Positions 55,802 through 64,000 of a stretch of 64,000 bases of DNA are shown in pieces. The notes under the pieces were generated by a model, which worked only from the letters and a program-made list of their open reading frames with translations, was not told the origin of the DNA and made no database searches. Positions within the stretch are counted from its first letter, which is position 1; each line of letters starts with the position of its first letter. The translations under genes were made by a program, and so were the position numbers. The DNA is from Bradyrhizobiaceae bacterium. GTDB taxonomy: Bacteria; Pseudomonadota; Alphaproteobacteria; Rhizobiales; Aestuariivirgaceae. The stretch spans positions 8,410 to 72,409 of the forward strand of contig CANJMQ010000004.1 in assembly GCA_947475225.1 (NCBI GenBank). Reading direction: 5' to 3'.

Positions 55802-56110
55802 ATGAAGCGTCCGCTGGCAATTTTTATCCCGCTCTTCCTGTGTTGTGCAGCTGCCGGCACGGCCACGGCGGCGGAACAACCGCCATTCGACGATCCGATG
55901 TTCCGGCGATGTGTGACATGGCTGATGACCGGCGAGCGGGGAGCATTCATCGATAACCTCTGCCTGGAAGAGTTTGATCTTCCATCACCATCCATGTTCA
56001 TCTGCGCACGAAAGGTCCGACTGGGTTTCAAGTCGAAGACGGACCAGGCTGCCTGCGTGATCGTTCTGGAGGAGGAGATCAAGAAAATCCGGGCGGGATA
56101 TGTGAAGTGA
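55802..56110 (+). CDS. Small secreted Cys-containing hypothetical protein
   Basis: GAGG SD, signal peptide, four Cys in the mature part. Confidence 0.6.
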   Translation: MKRPLAIFIPLFLCCAAAGTATAAEQPPFDDPMFRRCVTWLMTGERGAFIDNLCLEEFDLPSPSMFICARKVRLGFKSKTDQAACVIVLEEEIKKIRAGYVK

Positions 56111-56813
56111 CGAGGCTGCGTGCCGCCACATGCAGAATGGCAGTGACAACAGCAACAGCAGCAATCCCGACTCCCCGCGGCGCCTGATTTCTGGCCTCCA
56201 GTTCCAGCTGGAGTGATCGCAAGTGGAAAGATCAGGAACCAGGGAAGATGGCTGGTGGCCTGCCACTGAAGTTTGCTCGGTGCCTATTCTTTGGATCACC
56301 TGACGCTGGAGTTTTCGGGGAGCAGAGCAGTTGCGGACGCGGAGTGCGGGCGGGTGACCGTCATCGCCGCGGCGGGCCATCCTTGTACGCACCGAACAAG
56401 TCTTCCTCATCGCACATCGACGACGGCTATCCCCCTGCTCTCGGCAGAACCCTGATCTCGCACGATCCGGATCCTCCGCGGGTGACGCCCTCCAGGGAAC
56501 GGCGGGATGAGAAACTGAGTAACTGTCATCGCTCTTTCCTGTGCCGGGCAGCGAGTTGGCGATACAGTTCGCTTACAATTGAGCCAGCAGCATTCGGGCG
56601 GCTGCATTAACCTTAAAACCGGCATCGCATATTCAATCTGCCGGTCTTACAGCGGACTGAACACTATGATTAATATCATAGGTAAATTCCTCGTCGGTTA
56701 AGGTAAACCGGCTTATTTTCCTTGCTAGCAAGACTAACAGCAAGACGCACATGCAAACCTTTGTTAGTGTCAGACCCAACCCGCTGGACAGAGCGGAAAC
56801 GGGAAGCGAGCGC

Positions 56814-57305
56814 ATGACGTCGATCACCATCAACGTAAACGGCAGGAACTGGACGGGCGACGTGGCGGACACGTCGACGCCGCTGCTATGGGTCTTGCGC
56901 GACCGCGTTGGCGCAACCGGCACGAAGTATGGCTGCGGCATCGAGGTGTGTTCAGCCTGTGTGATTCTTGCAGATGGCACGCTGACCAAGACCTGCACAG
57001 AGAACGTGGCCAACTTCATCGACAAGAAATTGGTCACCATCGAGGGCCTCGCCGACATGCCCCCGGCTGGCTCAAGCGGCGTTACGGGCAAGATGCTGCA
57101 GGAGATGTGGGTGGAGAGTCAGGTTCCGCAATGCGGCTACTGTCAGTCGGGAATGCTGCTGGCCGTCTATGCTCTGCTGCGCAGCAAGCCGCGTCCGAGC
57201 GATGCGGACATTGACCAGGCAATCTCCAACATCTGCGCCTGCGGCACCTATCCGCGTGTGCGCGATGCCATCAAGACACTCACCGGTCAAGCGATCGCGG
57301 CATAG
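56814..57305 (+). CDS. (2Fe-2S) subunit of an isoquinoline 1-oxidoreductase/aldehyde oxidoreductase-like enzyme
   Basis: GTKYGCGIEVCSAC, QCGYCQSG, ICACGTY. Confidence 0.9.
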   Translation: MTSITINVNGRNWTGDVADTSTPLLWVLRDRVGATGTKYGCGIEVCSACVILADGTLTKTCTENVANFIDKKLVTIEGLADMPPAGSSGVTGKMLQEMWVESQVPQCGYCQSGMLLAVYALLRSKPRPSDADIDQAISNICACGTYPRVRDAIKTLTGQAIAA

Positions 57306-57315
57306 GCAGGCACAC

Positions 57316-59628
57316 ATGAATGAAATGTCAGGGTTCCCGCTGAAGCCAGCGCCTTTCGTGACGACGGAAGAACCAGCACAACCCAAGGCGGACAACTTCA
57401 AGCTGAACCGCCGCAGCTTCCTCAAGGCCAGCATCGCGGCAGGCGGTGGCCTGATGCTCGATATCTCGCTTCCGCGCGCCTCGCTTGCCTCCAAGCCGGG
57501 AGAGGATGCGTCCTTCGCCGCTGGCAAGGCGACGCTGGTGATCGGAGCCGACGACAGCATCACCCTCATCGTTCCGGGCGGAGAGATGGGGCAGGGCATC
57601 AACTCAGCGCTTGCGCAGATCATTGCCGAGGAACTGCCGCTCGACTTTACCCGCATCCGCACCGTGCCAGCACCCTATGGCGCGCAATATGGCACCGGCC
57701 TCCAAGCATCGCAGGTCACAGGCGGGTCATCGGGCGTACGAGGCTATTTCGACTACATGCTCGACGCCGGCGCCACCGCCCGCTCGATGCTTGTCGCGGC
57801 CGCAATTCAGAAGGGCGGCGACCCGAACACGCTGCGCGCCGTGGCAGGCTTCACCGACCCGGATTCCGGAACCTGGACGCCCAATCTGGTGCGAGACGAC
57901 GCCGGCAACAGCTGGAGCTATGGCGAACTCGCCACCGAAGCAGCGAGCACCAACCCGACTACGTCCCGAATGTCGGATCCCGACGCCTATAAGGTCATCG
58001 GCACCCGGATGATCCGCCCGGACATTCGCGAAAAAGTGAACGGCAGCGCGGTCTTCGGCCTCGACGTTCAGCTTCCGGGCATGAAGTTCGCCGCCGTGAA
58101 ACATGCCCCCGCACTTGGCGCAAAGGTCTCCACCATGGGGGCGGCGCCAGCGGGCACGCTCGCTGTCAATCTCGACACCGCCGTGGCTGTCGTCGCTGCG
58201 GATTCATGGGCGGCACGCAAGGCGCTCAATGCGCTCACCGTGACATGGACGTCTTTGAGCTATGCCCAGCAATCGCTCGTCGACACCGCCACCCAGACCG
58301 GCAGCCTCAATTCTCTCCTCAGCAGCACCACCTCCGCCGTGGCCGAGGCAAAGCCTGCGGGCACCAGCGCCGCCACGGTGCTGAGTGCAATCAACTCCCA
58401 ACCGAGGAAGCTGAACCTGACCTACAGCTTCCCCATGCTGGCGCATGCCTGCATGGAGGTTCTGAACTGCACGGTCGAGCCACTCTATGCCCCCGACGGA
58501 GTGACGGTGAGTGCCATCAATGTCTGGTGCCCTACACAGGCGCCGGACTGGGTCGTCAACACCGTGACCGCCCTTCTCCCGGCACTCCCGCGCGACAAGA
58601 TCAGCGTCACCACAACGCTGATGGGAGGCGGCCTCGGCCGCAAGATCGAGCAGGATTATGTGGCCCAGGCGGTGCGGGTGGCACTTTTCGCCAAGGCACC
58701 GGTGAAGCTGATGTGGTGGCGCGAGGAGGATTTCGCACGCGACTTCTTCCGGCCGGCTGCCGTCTCGAAGATCCAGGTTGGGCTTGATGCAAATGGCTCC
58801 ATCCAGGGCTGGTACAACCGGATCGCGGCGCCCTCGGTCATGCGGTCCCACGGGTTCGTCTCGCCAACCGCCAGCTACTCCTCCTTTGTGGACAGCATCG
58901 CGGTGGGCAGCGCAGTGGGCAATGGCGACGAGCCGATGCCATATGCCAATGCAATGACCAGGCGAGTGGTCGACTATGTGGAGCAGAAGACCGGCTTCTC
59001 ACTTGGTTTCTGGCGCTCGGTGGGCCAGTCGATCAGCTGCTTCGCGGTCGAAAGCGCCATTGACGAATGCGCCCGGCTTCTCGGCAGGGATCCATATGAC
59101 TATCGCCTGTCGCTTCTCGCCGGCAATGACACGATGAAGGCGCTGCTTGAGGATGTGGCGCAGCTCTCCAGCTGGAAAAGTGCGGCTCCTCCCGGCACAG
59201 CGCGCGGCATGGCGCTGTCGCCAGGCTTCGGCAGTTCCGCCGCCATGGTGGCGGAGGTGACCCGAGTAGCCTCCGGCTCTACCACAAACTACAAGGTGAG
59301 CCGTATCTTCTGCTCGGTTGATTGCGGCTTCGCCGTGAATCCCGACCAGGTGGTCGCGCAGATCCAGGGCGGCATCCTGCAGGGCATGAGTTCCGCTCGC
59401 TGGGGCCGCATGCAGTTCGACCATGGCGTCGCGCAGGTGAAGAACTTCAGTGACTACCGGCTGGGCCGCATGGCCGACACGCCCATCATCACGGTACGCA
59501 TCGTCAATCAGGGCTCGCCCCTGGGTGGCATCGGCGAAGTTGGCGTTCCACCGGTTGCCCCAGCCATCGCCAATGCCTATGCTGCCCTCACCGGAACCAG
59601 AAAGCGCAACCTGCCGCTCGGAATTTGA
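57316..59628 (+). CDS. Molybdopterin-binding subunit (IorB-like, xanthine oxidase family)
   Basis: Tat-like NRRSFLK, EMGQG, TGGS, GGGLGR, FWRSVG, GGIGEVG. Confidence 0.9.
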   Translation: MNEMSGFPLKPAPFVTTEEPAQPKADNFKLNRRSFLKASIAAGGGLMLDISLPRASLASKPGEDASFAAGKATLVIGADDSITLIVPGGEMGQGINSALAQIIAEELPLDFTRIRTVPAPYGAQYGTGLQASQVTGGSSGVRGYFDYMLDAGATARSMLVAAAIQKGGDPNTLRAVAGFTDPDSGTWTPNLVRDDAGNSWSYGELATEAASTNPTTSRMSDPDAYKVIGTRMIRPDIREKVNGSAVFGLDVQLPGMKFAAVKHAPALGAKVSTMGAAPAGTLAVNLDTAVAVVAADSWAARKALNALTVTWTSLSYAQQSLVDTATQTGSLNSLLSSTTSAVAEAKPAGTSAATVLSAINSQPRKLNLTYSFPMLAHACMEVLNCTVEPLYAPDGVTVSAINVWCPTQAPDWVVNTVTALLPALPRDKISVTTTLMGGGLGRKIEQDYVAQAVRVALFAKAPVKLMWWREEDFARDFFRPAAVSKIQVGLDANGSIQGWYNRIAAPSVMRSHGFVSPTASYSSFVDSIAVGSAVGNGDEPMPYANAMTRRVVDYVEQKTGFSLGFWRSVGQSISCFAVESAIDECARLLGRDPYDYRLSLLAGNDTMKALLEDVAQLSSWKSAAPPGTARGMALSPGFGSSAAMVAEVTRVASGSTTNYKVSRIFCSVDCGFAVNPDQVVAQIQGGILQGMSSARWGRMQFDHGVAQVKNFSDYRLGRMADTPIITVRIVNQGSPLGGIGEVGVPPVAPAIANAYAALTGTRKRNLPLGI

Positions 59629-60101
59629 TGCGAGGAGCCACGAGATATTCAGCAAATCAGCCAGTGACGCTGCGGTGGGCCCTGCCCGCCGCAGTTTTGC
59701 TGATGGGAGCTGCCCTGCCAGGTGCCGCGGAGGCCGGTGTGACCGTGACGGCCGCCGCCAAGGGCTATGACATCGACATTACCGATTCAGTCTCCACCAC
59801 GGAATTACTGGATGCCATTACCAGTGCCACGGGTGCCACGATCAAGGGCCAACCGGAGGAGATGACAGTCAACGCCAACCACCTGAGGAGCACGAGCCTC
59901 GAAGGTGCCTTGCGAAAGCTGTTGCCAGGTGCAGGCTTTGCCGTTCGCTTCAGCGCGGACAACGCACCGGCCGAAATCATTTTCCTGACCGCCAAGGACG
60001 GCGCGGCTGCCCAAGGTCCAGACGACGGCTCCTCCACCGGTGCAGACGGCAACTTGGATTCCGGCACGGATGGTGCCGCCGACGAACCGCCCAATCCCTG
60101 A
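59625..60101 (+). CDS. Secreted protein, possible stand-alone STN/N0-like domain with an acidic tail
   Basis: Signal peptide; ELLDAI..ATG..I, SLEGALRKLL; overlaps the iorB stop. Confidence 0.5.
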   Translation: MMRGATRYSANQPVTLRWALPAAVLLMGAALPGAAEAGVTVTAAAKGYDIDITDSVSTTELLDAITSATGATIKGQPEEMTVNANHLRSTSLEGALRKLLPGAGFAVRFSADNAPAEIIFLTAKDGAAAQGPDDGSSTGADGNLDSGTDGAADEPPNP

Positions 60102-60268
60102 TCCATGCCCGTTCGGCTGCCGCGCGCCGACCAGCCACGCCCCTTGTCGTCCCCTCGTAGAACAGAACACGATGGCAAGATGTTCACCCGGTACCACGGG
60201 GAGAGGCTTACGGATCGAGCAACTCCGCGCTATTCATGACCTACAGGATTGAGCCAGGAGATTGTCGC

Positions 60269-61822
60269 ATGTCGACCGCCCGCCGACTGGGCCGTGAAGC
60301 CCGCACTGCGGCACGAGCCGCCGGCCTGCCACCTGAACTCCGTCCCGTCTGGCCGGGCATGGAAGGCGGCACCTATGCTCCGTTGAGCGAGATCGATGCG
60401 GCACGGATCCATCAGGCGGCGCTGTCCGTGCTCGAGGATATCGGCCTTTCGGATGCGCCGCCCAGCGGTGTCGCGTTGCTCACCAAGGCGGGGGCCGTCC
60501 TGCGGGACGACGGGCGGCTGGTCTTTCCTCGCGCCCTGGTCGAGGACGTGATCGCCGGGGCGGGCAGGCGCTTCGTGCTGCACGGCCAGGACGCCCGCCA
60601 CGACCTCGAGCCATGGGGGCGGAAAGTACATTTCGGAACAGCCGGTGCCGCCGTCAACATGGTGGACGCAGCCAGCGGCCATTACCGCGAGTCGACCGTG
60701 AAGGACCTCTATGACATCGCCCGCACGGTCGATGCGCTGGAGCATGTGCACTTCTATCAACGCTCGGTGGTCTGCCGCGACATCGCGCTGCCCTTCGAGA
60801 TGGACTTCAACACCTGCTACGCCGCCGTGTCCGGAACCGCCAAGCACGTGGGTACGAGCTGGGGGGAGCCGGAGTTCATGGCAGCCTCGCTGGAAATGCT
60901 CCACATGATCGCCGGATCGGAAGACAAGTGGCGGGCACGGCCCTTCGTCAGCCAGTCGAACTGCTTCGTTGTTCCGCCGCTGCGCTTTGCTCCCGAAGCC
61001 TGCCGCTGCCTTGAAGTGGCGGTGCGGGCAGGAATGCCGGTGTTCCTTGTGTCGGCAGGACAGGCGGGCGCCACTTCGCCTGCTGCCCTCGCGGGCTCGC
61101 TTGTGCAGGAACTGGCCGAATGCCTCGCGGGGCTGGTCTACGTCAATGCCTTGCAAAAGGGTGCGCCGGCCATCATGGGTCCGTTCTGCTTCGTCTCGGA
61201 TCTCCGCACTGGGGCCATGTCGGGCGGCAGCCCGGAGCAGGCGCTTCTCTCCGCGGCAGCGGCGCAGGTCATTCACTCCTATGACCTTACCTCTGGCGTG
61301 CCATCAGGCATGACAGACTCCAAGATGCCTGACATCCAGGCGGGCTACGAGAAGGCCTACAACCACGCGCTCGTTGCAAATGCCGGAGCAAACCTGCTCT
61401 ATGAATCGGCTGGCATGGTGGCGAGCCTGCTCGGCTTCAGCATGGAGCAGCTCGTCATCGATGATGACATCATCGGCGCCACGCAGCGCACGGTGCGCGG
61501 CATCGACGTCAGCGAGGACGCCCTGTCCCTCGAAGCGATCCGCGAAACCTGCCTTGGCGGGCCCAACCACTTCCTTGCAAGCCAGCAGACACTGAACCGC
61601 ATGCAGAGTGAGTATCTCTATCCCAGTGTCGGCGACCGCAGCTCTCCCAAGGAATGGGAGGAGAAGGGACGGCCCGCCCTGCTTGACCGGGCAAGACGCA
61701 AGGTGGAGGACATCCTGCGGACGCACTTCCCGACGCATGTACCGCGCGACATCGATGAACAGATCCGGGCACGCTTCCCCGTCCGCCTTCCGGCGCGCGA
61801 CATGCAGCCCGTCACGTCATGA
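60269..61822 (+). CDS. Trimethylamine methyltransferase (MttB) family protein, non-pyrrolysine
   Basis: IHQAALSVLEDIG, GATSPAALAG, DLRTGAMSGGSPE, DSK.PD.QAGYE; no in-frame amber codon. Confidence 0.88.
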   Translation: MSTARRLGREARTAARAAGLPPELRPVWPGMEGGTYAPLSEIDAARIHQAALSVLEDIGLSDAPPSGVALLTKAGAVLRDDGRLVFPRALVEDVIAGAGRRFVLHGQDARHDLEPWGRKVHFGTAGAAVNMVDAASGHYRESTVKDLYDIARTVDALEHVHFYQRSVVCRDIALPFEMDFNTCYAAVSGTAKHVGTSWGEPEFMAASLEMLHMIAGSEDKWRARPFVSQSNCFVVPPLRFAPEACRCLEVAVRAGMPVFLVSAGQAGATSPAALAGSLVQELAECLAGLVYVNALQKGAPAIMGPFCFVSDLRTGAMSGGSPEQALLSAAAAQVIHSYDLTSGVPSGMTDSKMPDIQAGYEKAYNHALVANAGANLLYESAGMVASLLGFSMEQLVIDDDIIGATQRTVRGIDVSEDALSLEAIRETCLGGPNHFLASQQTLNRMQSEYLYPSVGDRSSPKEWEEKGRPALLDRARRKVEDILRTHFPTHVPRDIDEQIRARFPVRLPARDMQPVTS

Positions 61823-62937
61823 GCTCTGCTCAGATAGCGCCAGACAGATTCGACATCACAGACCGCAGCGAAACGATGAAGGCCGTGGTAACCACCGGCA
61901 ATGGCGGCTACGACAGGCTCGTATACCGCGACGTTCCGGTACCCCAGCCGGGTCCAGGCGAGGTGCTGATCCGCGTGCTGGCAGCAGGCATCAACAACAC
62001 CGAGATCAACACCCGGCTTGGCTGGTATTCCACGAGCGTCACCACCGGCACGCAGGCCGCGGCGGAAACGACGGAAAACGGGGCGAGTGTCAGGTCTGAC
62101 GGCGGCTGGGACAAGGCAACGCCCTTTCCCTTCATACAGGGAACGGACTGCTGCGGTCAGGTGGTGAGCACCCATGATGCCGGTGACGCGCCGCTGGTCG
62201 GCAGGCGCGTGCTGGTTCGTCCCTGCATGCGCACACAGGGCTTCGGCAGCCTCGACAACATCTGGATGGCCTCGGATTTCGATGGCGCCTTTGCAGAATT
62301 CGTGAAGGTCCCTGCGGCTGAAGTGTTTCCCGTTGACTGCGGGTGGACGGATGCCGAACTCGCCACCATTCCCTGTGCCTACGGCACGGCGGAAAACATG
62401 CTTCACCGTGCGGGGCTCAAAGCAGGAGAGACGGTGCTGATCACCGGCGCTTCGGGAGGCGTTGGGTCAGCGGCCATCCAGCTTGCCCGGCGGCGCGGCG
62501 CCAGGGTCGTCGCCGTGACCAGCCATGACAAGATCAAGGCCGTGCAAGAACTGGGCTGTGACATCGTGCTCGATCGCACCCAAGATCCGATTGACGCACT
62601 CGGCGAGAGCAGCGTCGATCTGGTCGTTGACAATGTAGCGGGGGATCACTTCAGCCGGATGCCGAAGCTGCTCCGGCGCGGTGGGCGTTATGTCTCCTCA
62701 GGCGCCATCGGTGGACCCATGGTCACCTTCGACATGCGCGATTTCTATCTGAAGGACCTCACCTTCATCGGATGCACTGCGTGGGACGCACCGGTGTTTC
62801 CAAATCTCGTCGCATATATCGAGCGGGGCGAGATCAGGCCTCTGTTGGCAGGCACATTTCCCCTCGAACGAATTGCCGACGCGCAACGCGAATTCATGCG
62901 AAAGCGCCACGTCGGAAACTTCGTTCTCCGTCCATGA
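61819..62937 (+). CDS. MDR-family (zinc-type alcohol dehydrogenase/quinone oxidoreductase-like) protein
   Basis: PGPGEVLIRV.A.GINNT, ITGASGGVG. Confidence 0.88.
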   Translation: MSSAQIAPDRFDITDRSETMKAVVTTGNGGYDRLVYRDVPVPQPGPGEVLIRVLAAGINNTEINTRLGWYSTSVTTGTQAAAETTENGASVRSDGGWDKATPFPFIQGTDCCGQVVSTHDAGDAPLVGRRVLVRPCMRTQGFGSLDNIWMASDFDGAFAEFVKVPAAEVFPVDCGWTDAELATIPCAYGTAENMLHRAGLKAGETVLITGASGGVGSAAIQLARRRGARVVAVTSHDKIKAVQELGCDIVLDRTQDPIDALGESSVDLVVDNVAGDHFSRMPKLLRRGGRYVSSGAIGGPMVTFDMRDFYLKDLTFIGCTAWDAPVFPNLVAYIERGEIRPLLAGTFPLERIADAQREFMRKRHVGNFVLRP

Positions 62938-63422
62938 TCAATTGGCTCACGCAAGCTCGCGGCGCGCATGACAGGCCCTGACGCCATTGCATTTCGGCTG
63001 CAAAGACACATTGCTGGCCTTGCGCGACTGAATGTCGGACCACATCCTGCCTGAATGCTCTCACCCCTGCCCCAGGGCTGAGGCTTGAGGCAGGGCAAGA
63101 GCGGAAACAGCCGTCGCCGAACAGCAGCACCAAGCAGACGAAAAGTTCCAAGGCACACGCCAGGAACCGCTCCGCCTGGAATCCTTGGATCACCCAAGGG
63201 TGGCTCTTGGCAGCTTTGAGCCTATTGGGCCCACCTCGCAGATCACTGCTGCTTCCAAAGCGATACGCAAAATGCAGCCGATCTCAAACTCGCTGAACGT
63301 CGACTCTGTAATCCATCCGGAGGCCGCGCTGGCATTGATTGAAAGCAATATTGTCCCACCGGATCGGAAAGTGGGACACAAGGTCGAAAACCATAAATCA
63401 GATCAACACAAGAAAGACAGGG

Positions 63423-63498
63423 TGGTGGGCCCACCAGGACTCGAACCTGGAACCAGACGGTTATGAGCCGTCAGCTCTAACCATTGAGCTATGGGCCC
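63423..63498 (-). tRNA. tRNA-Ile2 (CAT, lysidine-modified)
   Basis: 76-nt cloverleaf GGGCCCA...TGGGCCC-A-CCA; anticodon CAT; G1-C72 (not initiator); C4-G69 and C5-G68 TilS-type pairs. Confidence 0.9.
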
Positions 63499-63552
63499 CC
63501 ACGGGAGGGGATGGCTACAGCAATTCGCGGCGCTATGCTATAGGCTCAAGCC

Positions 63553-64000
63553 ATGGACCATGATCTCACGCCGGAAGCCGCCGTGGAGCGGCTCATTGAC
63601 CTTTACCGACAGGCAACGACGCGGCTGAAGGACTGCCTCGAGCGCTATTTCGACACCCGCGAGCCGCCCACCATCGAGGAACGGCGGAGCTTCACCTATC
63701 CGGAGCTGCGCATCGAATATCGCTCGGGCGACGTCCAGCCGCGAATCGCCCGCGCCTTCGCCAAGTTCCAGGGCCCCGGCACCTATGCCACGACCGTCAC
63801 CCACCCGGAGCATTTCAACCGCTACCTGACGGAGCAGCTGCGCTACCTGGTGAAGGACTATGGCGCCGTGATCACCGTCCAGCCTTCCGACCAGGAGATC
63901 CCCTACCCCTATGTTCTCGACCAGGGGGATGACCTTGGCCGGAATGACGTGACCGCCGCCGAGCTCACCCTGCACTTCCCCGCCCCGAAGCTTGCCCAGG
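63553..64000 (+). CDS. amn: AMP nucleosidase, N-terminal part (runs off the window)
   Basis: MDHDLTPEAAVERL..YPELRI..GTYATTVTHP..YL.EQL..EIPYPYV. Confidence 0.85.
   Translation, partial: MDHDLTPEAAVERLIDLYRQATTRLKDCLERYFDTREPPTIEERRSFTYPELRIEYRSGDVQPRIARAFAKFQGPGTYATTVTHPEHFNRYLTEQLRYLVKDYGAVITVQPSDQEIPYPYVLDQGDDLGRNDVTAAELTLHFPAPKLAQ

Noticed and set aside
56600-56720. CtrA-like TTAA motifs upstream of iorA
   Set aside because: Spacing does not match TTAA-N7-TTAA; probably just an AT-rich promoter
63423-63498. tRNA-Met or fMet assignment from the CAT anticodon
   Set aside because: No C1:A72 mismatch and no triple G-C anticodon stem; the acceptor stem fits tRNA-Ile2

Overview
GC-rich alphaproteobacterial (Hyphomicrobiales-like; taxon is an inference) window dominated by an apparently intact ~46.5 kb photosynthesis gene cluster (8.8-55.3 kb). 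Gene order: bchIDO-crtIB, crtDC (minus strand), crtEF-bchCXYZ-pufQBALMC-pucBAC-orf192, a minus-strand block (aerR-ppsR, bchG-BCD/MFS-bchP-tspO-orf99-cycA-idi), and bchFNBHLM-lhaA-puhABC-bciE-acsF-puhE-hemA. On the left are alpha-2-macroglobulin/pbpC and an AGE-family isomerase. On the right is an accessory block (DUF2177, iorAB-like Mo-oxidoreductase, MttB-family methyltransferase, MDR) ending at tRNA-Ile2(CAT) and a partial amn. The most unusual part is a peripheral antenna module directly behind pufC. It contains a pucB missed by the ORF track, a PucA with Phe44/Phe45 (predicting a blue-shifted LH2) and a ~45 aa C-terminal extension, pucC, and a protein with five 16-residue repeats that looks like an LH2 gamma/PucE-type subunit fused to an extra domain. 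Other notable items: a 35-aa membrane microprotein coupled to crtB, a PufC without a lipobox, a 21-bp-phased PpsR operator array, leaderless-looking starts, and a palindromic repeat translated in frame inside the macroglobulin N-terminus. All calls come from reading the sequence; no searches were run.
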